Of a stretch of 64,000 nt of DNA, positions 48,611-56,770 are shown piece after piece. The notes under the pieces were generated by a model. It was not told the origin of the DNA. It was given only the letters and a program-made list of their open reading frames with translations, and ran no database searches. The position numbers were made by a program, and so were the translations under genes. Numbering within the stretch: position 1 is the stretch's first letter; each line of letters starts with the position of its first letter. This DNA is from Bacteroidota bacterium (GTDB lineage: Bacteria; Bacteroidota; Bacteroidia; Chitinophagales; LD1), in NCBI GenBank assembly GCA_016715625.1, contig JADJZU010000013.1, forward strand, positions 28,397 to 92,396. Direction: 5' to 3'.

Positions 48611-48820
48611 TGCCACAAGAGAAGAAAAATATGCCGTAAGAGAAGATAAATATGCCATAAGAGAAGAAACATCTGCCACAAGAGAAGAAAAATCTGCCGT
48701 AAGAGAAGAAACATCTGCCGTAAGAGAAGATAAATATGCCGCAAGAGAAGAAACATCTGCTTCAAGAGAAGATGTATCTGCTTCAAGAGAAGATAAATAT
48801 GCTGCAAGAGAAGAAAATGG
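48611..48820. repeat. Tandem direct repeat, 10 contiguous units of exactly 21 bp
   Basis: Units start at 48611, 48632, 48653, 48674, 48695, 48716, 48737, 48758, 48779 and 48800. The consensus is TGCC(G/A)(T/C)AAGAGAAGA(A/T)A(A/C)AT(A/C), with an invariant AAGAGAAGA core. Units differ only by substitutions, with no indels. Confidence 0.95.
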
Positions 48821-49019
48821 CAGCGCAGAGCCTGCCGAATGGCATTCAGTGTCTATACAGGGCTACACTACTTCTGTAATTTCTTTTCCGAATTGGCCTG
48901 CCTGCAGAAAAACTCGGGCGGGTGAGGCATCTGCCATCCGGTAAATTTTTCTTAAAACTTTTTGGAGCGCGCGCGAATCGTATTTGTGCTGCCCGGCTGC
49001 GCAAGGCCAGGGGGATTAT

Positions 49020-50813
49020 TTAGCGCACCAGCAGCACCATGCCTTTGCGCTCTACCTTTACGCCATCATTGGCCGAAAACTGTATCAGGTAGCCATAGCC
49101 TCCTTGCGGTGCGGGTTTGCCGTGGTCGTCACCATCCCAGCCGGTGTTGGGGTCGGTGCTTTCAAACACCTTGCCGCCCCAGCGGTTAAAGATAATCATC
49201 GAATAGCCCTTGGGCTCGCCATAAATAATGGTGGGTTTAAATACGGTGTTCAGGCCGTTGGGGGCAAAGGCATTGGGGATATAAATAATAGGCCGGTGAA
49301 TAATGCACTGCACATTGCTGAAGCTCGACAGCGTGTCGCGAAAGCCATTGGGCAAATTCAAATCATATACCGACTCTATGCGGTAGCAGAAAATACCCCG
49401 CTCCGATAGAAACTGCTGTAAAGAGTCGCTGTATTCCGTCACCCCATCGTTAAACGTTTGTATCAATTGGTACCCATTACCCATGTCGCGATACAAATTC
49501 TGCCGAAGAACGGTGGCATGTTCCAGTTCAAAACCATTCCAATCCAGATGCGCCACGTAGTAATCAAACAATTCACCTTTAAGCAGAATGGTTCTCACAT
49601 ACGGAGATACATATTGGTTCTGGCAACTGTCAAACGTGGTTACCTGATAGTAGTACGAGTTCTTCTGGGGCAGCGTGTTGACCCGGTCGCTGTCAATAAA
49701 CGATTCAAAGGTATTTACCGGAGAAGGAGCGGGAATTTGTGTGGCCGGGTCGAACGATACATTGTTTACGCTGCGGTCTATCCGGTAAAAGATGAGCTCC
49801 GCCAGCGAATCGTTCATCCAGGTCATGTTGATGTGATTGTCCAAATCCACGGTGGCATTAATAATGAAATTGAATTTGGGGGCCTGCACAATGCTGGCTT
49901 TCAGGCACACCTGATTGCTGTTGGAAACCACATTGGTGTCGGCAGCGCTCACCGCTCGTACGATTATGCAGAGCGAATCGCCATCATTAAAGCCCGAATA
50001 GGCATAGTTAAACGTAGTGCTGTCGGCCACGCCCACTACCTGAAATGGGCCTCCGTTGATGCTTGATAAAATACGATACTCCAACACATTATCGGCAAAG
50101 TTGTGGTACCGGTTCCAGGTTACGTTCACTTCGTTTTCGCAGGCGGTGGAGGTCACATTGGCCAGTATGGTATTGTGCGGCAGGTCGCTGAAGAGGCTCT
50201 CTTTCCAGCAGCTGTCAAAGGCCGATACCGTATACACCAGCGAGGTGGTGTTGGGGTCGCCCTGAATATCGGTATAGGTGGTGGTGTTATAGCCATACAC
50301 GGTATCAAACGCCAACCCGTTGCCATTGGGCAGGTAATAGTAAATAATGTATCCCTGTGTTTGGGGCGAGGTAGAAGGCAGCCAGTTGAAAACCACTCCC
50401 CCGGCCGTTACATCCACATTCACAATCTGGGGCGCTGCCGGATTTCCGTTTTTCACCGTATCGCTCTGCAGCACGGTAGCCCCGGGGCAATTGTATTGTG
50501 CTTCCATATAGAACCACCAATTGTTGGAGAGGGTTTGGTAGCCGGTGAGGGTAAACGAGTTGGTGGCCTGGCCGGTTACGGCAATGGCGTTGTAGGGGCC
50601 TGCCGGGCCGGTGGACGATGCAAAAATGGTATATTGAACAAACGCACCGCAGCCATTGGCCGGAGGGTTGGTCCAGTTCAGTGTAATGTCTACCCCGTTA
50701 TTGTCGTTGGTTACGCATTGCAGATCGGGCGGCAGAATGGTCTGAGCTTTTACAGCATAACAAGAGATAATCAGTAAGAAATAAACGGTCAGCAGCCTCA
50801 ATGCCTTAATCAT
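49020..50813 (-). CDS. Secreted protein with Ig/FN3-like repeats and a T9SS type-B (gliding-motility-associated) C-terminal sorting domain
   Basis: Signal peptide MIKALRLLTVYFLLIISCYAVKAQ. The C-terminal IYIPNAFAPNGLNTVFKPTII...MIIFNRWGGKVFESTDPNTGWDGDDHGKPAPQGGYGYLIQF...GMVLLVR is the type-B CTD signature. Confidence 0.8.
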   Translation of the reverse strand: MIKALRLLTVYFLLIISCYAVKAQTILPPDLQCVTNDNNGVDITLNWTNPPANGCGAFVQYTIFASSTGPAGPYNAIAVTGQATNSFTLTGYQTLSNNWWFYMEAQYNCPGATVLQSDTVKNGNPAAPQIVNVDVTAGGVVFNWLPSTSPQTQGYIIYYYLPNGNGLAFDTVYGYNTTTYTDIQGDPNTTSLVYTVSAFDSCWKESLFSDLPHNTILANVTSTACENEVNVTWNRYHNFADNVLEYRILSSINGGPFQVVGVADSTTFNYAYSGFNDGDSLCIIVRAVSAADTNVVSNSNQVCLKASIVQAPKFNFIINATVDLDNHINMTWMNDSLAELIFYRIDRSVNNVSFDPATQIPAPSPVNTFESFIDSDRVNTLPQKNSYYYQVTTFDSCQNQYVSPYVRTILLKGELFDYYVAHLDWNGFELEHATVLRQNLYRDMGNGYQLIQTFNDGVTEYSDSLQQFLSERGIFCYRIESVYDLNLPNGFRDTLSSFSNVQCIIHRPIIYIPNAFAPNGLNTVFKPTIIYGEPKGYSMIIFNRWGGKVFESTDPNTGWDGDDHGKPAPQGGYGYLIQFSANDGVKVERKGMVLLVR

Positions 50814-50872
50814 TCGTGCAATAATAAGAGTAAACGCCAAACGCCAGGGTTGCGTATGGGCAGCGGGAATAT

Positions 50873-51472
50873 TTATGGCTGTAAGGCAATTTTAACGGTC
50901 AAATACATATCGTCATAAATAAACTTGTCGCCCAGCGTGCTGAATACGGTTTTTGATTTATACACCACATTCCATTTGGTGCGGTCAATCACAATATCGG
51001 CTGTGGCGGTGGCCCCGGTGCCATTCGTTTCCAGCTTCACCGGAAATTGAATTTCGTTTTTAATGCCCTTGATAGTAAGGTCTGCGGTGGCTGTGTAGGT
51101 ATTGGCAGCAGCCGGGCCGGGTACCATCTTTTTAATGCGGATGAGCGATTCCGGAAAGCTGGCCGTGTTAAAGAAATCTTCGTTCTTTAAGTGGTCCACC
51201 AGGTGCTGGGCATCTTCTGCTTCTTTGATGTCGGTGCAGGTAATGGATGTCATATCGATGATAAACTCACCGCTCACAAAGTCTTTTCCGTTCAAGGCGA
51301 GTGTCCCCGATTTCAGGTTTACGTTCCCTTCATGTTGTCCGGTGGTTTTTTTGCCCAGCCAATGGATAGTCGACTGTTCGGCCATGGCTTTATATTTTAC
51401 CTCACCTGCTTTAAACGATAGTAGAGTAAGGAGGCTAAGGGTGCCCAGCACCAGTTTGAAGGTTGCGTTCAT
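50873..51472 (-). CDS. YceI-family (polyisoprenoid-binding) periplasmic protein
   Basis: Signal peptide, then STIHWLGKKTTGQHEGNVNLKSGTL...SGEFIIDMTSI... and ATADLTIKGI. 199 aa. Confidence 0.75.
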   Translation of the reverse strand: MNATFKLVLGTLSLLTLLSFKAGEVKYKAMAEQSTIHWLGKKTTGQHEGNVNLKSGTLALNGKDFVSGEFIIDMTSITCTDIKEAEDAQHLVDHLKNEDFFNTASFPESLIRIKKMVPGPAAANTYTATADLTIKGIKNEIQFPVKLETNGTGATATADIVIDRTKWNVVYKSKTVFSTLGDKFIYDDMYLTVKIALQP

Positions 51473-51491
51473 TTTTATTTGTATTTAAGAG

Positions 51492-52106
51492 TTAAAGCGT
51501 AAAACTGCCGGCTCCCTCGCGCACCAGAATGGGTTCGGGGCCGGTATAGTCAATAATAGTAGAGGGCACATTTCCTCCGGGTCCGCCATCGATTACAATG
51601 TCTACCAGGTTTTCGTACGCCTCATAAATTTCCTGCGCATCGGTAATGTATTCCAGGATGCTGTCCTCGTTTTTGATGGAGGCCGATAAAATGGGAGCGC
51701 CTAATTCATCTACAATCGCCCGGGCAATGGTGTTGTCGGGCACCCGAATCCCCACGGTCTTTTTATTGTATCCGTAGATTTTAGTCAGGTTATGGTTGCC
51801 GTTTAAGATAAAGGTGTAGGGGCCCGGCAGGTTGCGTTTCATCATTTTGTAAACGGGCGTGGGCACATTGGTGGTAAAGTCGGTAATGTGGCTTAAATCA
51901 AAACACACAATGGAGAAATTGGCTTTGTTGGGTTTAATGTCTTTGATACGGCACACTTTTTCATAGGCTTCGCGGTGCGTCAGGTCGCAGCCCAGCGTAT
52001 AAACCGTATCGGTGGGGTAAATGATAACTCCTCCGCGTTTCAGGCAGTTAACCACTTGCCATATCAGCCGGTCATCAATGCTGTAAGGATTAATGCGAAT
52101 GAGCAT
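51492..52106 (-). CDS. tsaC: L-threonylcarbamoyladenylate synthase (TsaC/YrdC family)
   Basis: GGVIIYPTDTVYTLGCD, LPGPYTFIL, VGIRVPDN and APILSASIK. 204 aa. Confidence 0.8.
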   Translation of the reverse strand: MLIRINPYSIDDRLIWQVVNCLKRGGVIIYPTDTVYTLGCDLTHREAYEKVCRIKDIKPNKANFSIVCFDLSHITDFTTNVPTPVYKMMKRNLPGPYTFILNGNHNLTKIYGYNKKTVGIRVPDNTIARAIVDELGAPILSASIKNEDSILEYITDAQEIYEAYENLVDIVIDGGPGGNVPSTIIDYTGPEPILVREGAGSFTL

Positions 52107-52112
52107 AGGATG

Positions 52113-52559
52113 TTATAGCTTTTCCGGTTCGTAATTTTTAAGCCGTTCTTTTAAATATTCCGGCATGGCCACGCTGGCATTGGTGTGGTAATCGAAAAGC
52201 ACCATGGTGGCATAGCCGGTGGTGGTGAGTTGCTCTTCTCCGTTAACGATGCTGGTAATCATATAACTGGTTTCAAAACTTTTGTTGCCCAGTTTGCTTA
52301 CCCGCACATAAACATAGGTGGGGTTAGGAAACACTACGGGTTTCAGATAATCCACATGCGCATTGGCCAGTATAGCGCCTATTTCTTTCCAGTTCCACTG
52401 GCAGGCTTCGTGGAAATAATAGACCCGGGCCTGCTCAAAATAGGTGAGATAAACGGCATTATTCACGTGCCGCATTTCATCCATATCGCTCCAGCGAATG
52501 TCCAGTTTCATCTTAAAACGAAACTTCTTTTTTTCTTCTTCCAGATTCAGTTTATGCAT
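52113..52559 (-). CDS. Hotdog-fold acyl-CoA thioesterase (4HBT/YbgC-like)
   Basis: IRWSDMDEMRHVNNAVYLTYFEQARVYYF is the typical 4HBT N-terminal motif. 148 aa. Confidence 0.75.
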   Translation of the reverse strand: MHKLNLEEEKKKFRFKMKLDIRWSDMDEMRHVNNAVYLTYFEQARVYYFHEACQWNWKEIGAILANAHVDYLKPVVFPNPTYVYVRVSKLGNKSFETSYMITSIVNGEEQLTTTGYATMVLFDYHTNASVAMPEYLKERLKNYEPEKL

Positions 52560-52686
52560 CGTATGCGGTTTGTTCAGCTATAACAATTGATTCCTCCCTG
52601 CGGTTTTGTGCCGCCTTGGAAAGCCGCGAATGTAAAGTCCCTGTGCATATGACAAAAAATTATCTTTACGCAAAAATTTATACCAC

Positions 52687-53229
52687 ATGATTGCTATTCC
52701 ATTATCTGTATTGGCTTTTGCGGCCGGAGTTTACTTATTGGTTAAAGTGAAGCGCGAATTTCTGGGCGGCTTATTCGAAGCTTTATCCTGGTTGGTTATT
52801 GTATTGTCTTTGGTGAGTTTGGGTTATTCCGGCTATAAAACACTGGGCTGTTGCGGCAAAAAATGCAGCTCCGCTCAAAAATGTTCGGTGGAGCGCGAGG
52901 TGATTATTAAAGAAATGGGAGAGGGCGGAGGCATGTGCCATGGTGCTGCCAAGGCCGGTTGCTCGGCAGCCGAAGGTTCGCACTGCCAGGCGGGAGGTTG
53001 CAAAATGGAAGGTGATAGCGTGGTGATGGACAAAGCCGTGTGCGAAGGAATGATGGGAAAAGAAAAATGCGATGCTATGTGCAAAGAGCGCGGCCGTTGC
53101 ATATTAGCCAAAGACGAATGCATGGCCCTTTGTAAAGCCTCCGGTAAAAAATGTTGTGCTGAGGGAGCCGGTGCTCCCACTTGCCAAAAACCGGCAAAGT
53201 GCTGCAAAGAACAAAAGACCGCACAGTAA
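52687..53229 (+). CDS. Membrane-anchored cysteine/methionine-rich protein of unknown function (possibly metal-binding)
   Basis: Two N-terminal hydrophobic helices (IAIPLSVLAFAAGVYLLV and LSWLVIVLSLVSLGY), then a tail of about 125 aa with 19 Cys by my count, in CC, CxxxC and CxxxxC spacings (GCCGKKCSSAQKC, KCDAMCKERGRC, ECMALCKASGKKCC, TCQKPAKCC). A strong terminator follows. Confidence 0.6.
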   Translation: MIAIPLSVLAFAAGVYLLVKVKREFLGGLFEALSWLVIVLSLVSLGYSGYKTLGCCGKKCSSAQKCSVEREVIIKEMGEGGGMCHGAAKAGCSAAEGSHCQAGGCKMEGDSVVMDKAVCEGMMGKEKCDAMCKERGRCILAKDECMALCKASGKKCCAEGAGAPTCQKPAKCCKEQKTAQ

Positions 53230-53251
53230 AAAGTTTAAATAAAGGTTTTCA

Positions 53252-53290
53252 AGCGCCTGGTTTCTCATCGGAAACCGGGCGCTTTTTTTA
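53252..53290 (+). terminator. Rho-independent terminator after the Cys-rich protein gene
   Basis: AGCGCCTGGTTTC-tcatcg-GAAACCGGGCGCT followed by TTTTTTTA. Confidence 0.8.
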
Positions 53291-53416
53291 TAGCGGAGCA
53301 CCCGGCCAAAACCGGAAACTGAAACCTTTTGAGTGCGCCTCCGTAAAAGTTCGTTACTACATCTCGCGTTCTGCGGAGGTAGAACCGAGGAATTATTTTT
53401 TATTAAAACAAAGTAT

Positions 53417-54244
53417 ATGAATAAGCTATTTGCTTTCATAGCGGCTACAGCATCCTTTGTGTTGCTTAGCATCAGCACCCAGGCGCAGCAATTTCTGCGT
53501 CACACCGTAGAATACGGAGAAACCATTTATTCCATTCCGGTTCACTACGGCATCACTACCAAGCAGTTTATGGCCATCAACAGCATGACCTACGATAACA
53601 TTGAGTTGAAGCCCGGCCAGGTGGTTGCCATTCGCGAGCTGACTGCGGAGGAAATAGCCCAGGCAAAACCGGTAGTGAAGCCGCAAGAGCGTGCCGAATC
53701 CACGGCAAAACCAACTTCTGCCAAGGAAGAGATGATTAAAAAGATACGCGAAGAAGTGGAGGCTTCTAATGCCAAAGCCTTGGAGCAGGCAAAAATTGAA
53801 CAACAAAAATGGGAACAACAAAAAGCAGCCGAAGCCAAAGCGGAGGAAGAGCAACTAAAGTTAGCCAGAGCGGAAGAGGAGCGTTTGGCTAAGGAAGCCG
53901 CGGCTCTGCAACAGAAAGCGAAGGCGCTGGAACTGGCTAAGCAGGAAGAGGAGCGCAAAGCAGCAGCGCTGAAAGCGAAAGTGGCCAGCGAGCAAAATGC
54001 GGTAGCCAAGGCAAAAGTAACTCCAGCCAAAATTCCATCTATGCCGGCTGCGGAAAACGAAAGTGTTGGTCCCAACGGGGTGAAATATATCGTGTCGTCC
54101 ACGGGCTATCATTTGGTGCAGAAGCAGCAAACGATGTATCATCTCTCCAAAATTTACAACATACCGCTCGAAGATTTAAAGCGCATCAACAACATGGCAA
54201 CTACTGATTTGGCCATTGGTCAAAAGTTGAAAGTGCGGAATTAA
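53417..54244 (+). CDS. Secreted protein with two LysM domains separated by an Ala/Glu/Lys-rich coiled-coil linker
   Basis: From the ATG at 53417: signal peptide MNKLFAFIAATASFVLLSISTQAQ. LysM 1 is HTVEYGETIYSIPVHYGITTKQFMAINSM...LKPGQVV. The linker is EEQLKLARAEEERLAKEAAALQQKAKALELAKQEEERKAAALKAK. LysM 2 is HLVQKQQTMYHLSKIYNIPLEDLKRINNM...LAIGQKLKV. Confidence 0.8.
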   Translation: MNKLFAFIAATASFVLLSISTQAQQFLRHTVEYGETIYSIPVHYGITTKQFMAINSMTYDNIELKPGQVVAIRELTAEEIAQAKPVVKPQERAESTAKPTSAKEEMIKKIREEVEASNAKALEQAKIEQQKWEQQKAAEAKAEEEQLKLARAEEERLAKEAAALQQKAKALELAKQEEERKAAALKAKVASEQNAVAKAKVTPAKIPSMPAAENESVGPNGVKYIVSSTGYHLVQKQQTMYHLSKIYNIPLEDLKRINNMATTDLAIGQKLKVRN

Positions 54245-54267
54245 AGCAGTTTACACTTCCATTACAC

Positions 54268-54306
54268 CAGGGGCAGAAGGTCATTCTTCTGCCCCTGATT
54301 TTTTTA
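54268..54306 (+). terminator. Rho-independent terminator after the LysM gene
   Basis: A perfect 12-bp stem, CAGGGGCAGAAG (54268-54279) paired with CTTCTGCCCCTG (54286-54297), followed by ATTTTTTTT. Confidence 0.85.
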
Positions 54307-54346
54307 GGTAACCTGGCTAAATTCTTATATTGCTTAAAACTAGACT

Positions 54347-56767
54347 ATGGCAAAAGTTATAATTCTTGGAGGAGGTGTTGCCGGAATGAGCGCAGCACAC
54401 GAGCTGATTGAGCGTGGTTTTGAAGTAGAAGTGTACGAACGCCAAAGAGAATATGTAGGGGGCAAGGCCCGGAGTGTCAATGTGCCCGGTACCAATTTGC
54501 AAAACCCGGATTTGTATTTGCCCGGAGAGCATGGTTTCCGGTTTTTCCCGGGGTTTTACAAACACATTACCGATACTATGAGGCGTACTCCGTTTAAAGA
54601 TAAAAACGGAAAATGGCAGAGTGAGGGCTGCTATGGAAACCTGACACCTACTTCGCGCATCATGATTGCCCGCAACGGCAAGTCGCCCATTGTAACCACC
54701 GCCAGTTTCCCCAAAAGTGTGGCCGATATTAAATTACTCATTAAAGATTTAACCGGAGGTGCCGACACCGGCCTTACGCATGAAGAGGAAGAATTTTTTG
54801 CGCTGAAAACATGGCAATTGATGACTAGTTGCAAAAAGAGGCGCTCCAACGATTACGAAAAAATAGGTTGGTGGGAATACCTGGAGGCCGATAAGTTCAG
54901 CGTGGCTTATCAGCATCTTCTGGTAGAAGGGCTTACCCGTACACTCGTAGCGGCTCAGGCGCAAAGCGCTTCCACCAAAACAGGGGGCGACATCTTTTTA
55001 CAGTTGATATTTAACATGGCTCAGCCGTTTGTAAATACAGACCGAGTGCTCAATGGGCCCACCAACGAGGTATGGCTTAACCCCTGGAAAGATTATTTAT
55101 TGAGCAAGGGGGTCAAGTATTTTCACCACCACAAAGCGCAGCATATTCAAATGCGCAACGGAAAAATTGAAAGCGTTTCGGTAGCACACGACAACAAGGT
55201 GGAAGAGGTGAGAGGAGACTATTATCTGTTTGCGGTTCCGGTGGAGCGCATGGCCGCTTTGATTAATGAGGAGATGGTAAAGGAAGACCCTTGCATGCGG
55301 TATATCCAGCAGTTGGCCCCCAGCACCAGTTGGATGAATGGTATTCAATTTTATCTCAACGAGGATGTAAGCATTAATAACGGGCACATTATTTTTAGTG
55401 ATAGCGAATGGGCGGTTACGGCCATTTCGCAGGTTCAGTTTTGGAAAGATTATGATTTAGAAAAGCGGTTTAATGGAAAGGTAAAAGGAGTTTTGTCGGT
55501 AGATATTTCAGATTGGTTAACGACCAGGTATAACGGTGTGCTGGCCGAAGATTGCGATGCCGAAACAGTCAAGGATTATGTATGGCAACAAATGGAGAGC
55601 AGTTTGAACGTAAATGGGCAAGTGGTGATTCGCAAAGATATGATCGAACATTGGTATCTCGACAGAGATATACGCTGGGTACCCGAAAAACATCAGGAAG
55701 AGGACAAAGAGCCCTTGCTTGTAAACACCGTCAACAGCTGGGACCTTCGCCCGAATGCTTCGGTTGATATTCCTAATATGTTTTTGGCCAGCGATTATGT
55801 ACGCACCAACACAGACCTGGCTACTATGGAAGGAGCCAATGAAGCGGCAAGGCGAGCTGTAAACTGTATCATAGATGCAGATGGCAATAAGTCTGATTAT
55901 GCCAGTATTTATCCGCTGCAGGAACCGTGGTTCTTCAAACCCTTAAAGTGGTATGATGAAAAACGATTTGAAAAAGGCTTGCCCTATTCGCACACTACCC
56001 CTTGGTGGCTGAAGGGTTTCATGCTGCTGTGGGGAGGATCCTACATGCTCTTGTATTTTGCGCAGGCTCTGCTCTCTTTTGTTTTGGCACCTTTGAACAA
56101 ACTGTTTCCTGAAATTTCGGTGCGCAACAAATTTGCTTTCACAGCTATGGCAGTAGCCATTTTAGGGCTGGTGTTCTTTTCCACTTTCAAGGGCGGATGG
56201 ATTACGGCTTCTATTTGGGGCTATGGGATGTTTGCTGTCTATGTTTGCTATTGGCTCATTACCCGCGATGAAATTTTTAAAAGACTGATTGTATTTGGAT
56301 TGGCAGCGGGTTTAATGGAACTGATAGCGGATGCCTATCTGGTAGACATCACCAAAACATTGGTGTATCCGCAGCCGGAGCCTACCTTGTGGTGTTCGCC
56401 TGCATACATGCCATTCAGTTGGGCTGTGGTGCTCATTCAAATTGGGTATATCAGCTGGTTGATAGATGGTAAACTAGGCCCCTGGAAAGATGGTCTGCTC
56501 ATGATTTTGTTTAGCGCTATTTTAATTCCGCTGTACGAAAATTGGGCCATCCATGGTGGATGGTGGTGGTATCAAAATGCGAAAATGATTGGTGACGTTC
56601 CCATCTATATCTACATTGCCGAGGGTTTATTGATGTTTACTGTTCCGTTTTTTCAGTTACGATGTATGAATCGGCCTGTTAAATACGCAGTGTTTTATGG
56701 AATGCTGGAAGGAATAGTAATGTTGTTGGCCTGTGTTATTGCTTTGATGGTTGTAGCTAAAATATAG
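54347..56767 (+). CDS. Fusion protein: N-terminal FAD/NAD(P)-binding amine-oxidase/desaturase-like oxidoreductase (about 540 aa) plus a C-terminal polytopic membrane domain (about 260 aa)
   Basis: Dinucleotide fold [57 protein letters not shown], and a C-terminal FAD-contact-like [24 protein letters not shown]. About 7 hydrophobic helices follow ([12 protein letters not shown]... to ...[16 protein letters not shown]), containing ELIADAYLV and [11 protein letters not shown] think this resembles the DUF422/carotenoid-biosynthesis membrane family, but I cannot verify that. Confidence 0.6.
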   Translation: MAKVIILGGGVAGMSAAHELIERGFEVEVYERQREYVGGKARSVNVPGTNLQNPDLYLPGEHGFRFFPGFYKHITDTMRRTPFKDKNGKWQSEGCYGNLTPTSRIMIARNGKSPIVTTASFPKSVADIKLLIKDLTGGADTGLTHEEEEFFALKTWQLMTSCKKRRSNDYEKIGWWEYLEADKFSVAYQHLLVEGLTRTLVAAQAQSASTKTGGDIFLQLIFNMAQPFVNTDRVLNGPTNEVWLNPWKDYLLSKGVKYFHHHKAQHIQMRNGKIESVSVAHDNKVEEVRGDYYLFAVPVERMAALINEEMVKEDPCMRYIQQLAPSTSWMNGIQFYLNEDVSINNGHIIFSDSEWAVTAISQVQFWKDYDLEKRFNGKVKGVLSVDISDWLTTRYNGVLAEDCDAETVKDYVWQQMESSLNVNGQVVIRKDMIEHWYLDRDIRWVPEKHQEEDKEPLLVNTVNSWDLRPNASVDIPNMFLASDYVRTNTDLATMEGANEAARRAVNCIIDADGNKSDYASIYPLQEPWFFKPLKWYDEKRFEKGLPYSHTTPWWLKGFMLLWGGSYMLLYFAQALLSFVLAPLNKLFPEISVRNKFAFTAMAVAILGLVFFSTFKGGWITASIWGYGMFAVYVCYWLITRDEIFKRLIVFGLAAGLMELIADAYLVDITKTLVYPQPEPTLWCSPAYMPFSWAVVLIQIGYISWLIDGKLGPWKDGLLMILFSAILIPLYENWAIHGGWWWYQNAKMIGDVPIYIYIAEGLLMFTVPFFQLRCMNRPVKYAVFYGMLEGIVMLLACVIALMVVAKI

Positions 56768-56770
56768 CAG

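Noticed and set aside
48568-48807. The minus-strand 79-aa Leu-heptad ORF (YLLLRQM repeats) as a real gene.
   Set aside because: It starts at a TTG and exists almost entirely because of the repeat composition. The opposite strand is equally open. I kept it as an open question under the repeat finding rather than calling it a CDS.
48611-48820. Whether the 21-bp repeat array is a CRISPR array.
   Set aside because: The units are directly contiguous with no spacers and are too short. No cas genes are nearby. It is a tandem repeat, not a CRISPR array.
49458-50777. Plus-strand ORFs of 202 and 224 aa opposite the 606-aa type-B cargo gene.
   Set aside because: They are fully embedded antisense to a gene with clear signal peptide and CTD signatures. 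Their sequences are Gly/Arg/Val-rich with no motifs. Shadow ORFs.
53590-54102. A 170-aa Ala/Ser-rich minus-strand ORF.
   Set aside because: It is antisense to the Ala/Glu/Lys coiled-coil region of the LysM protein. GCN/GAA repeat codons read on the other strand explain it.
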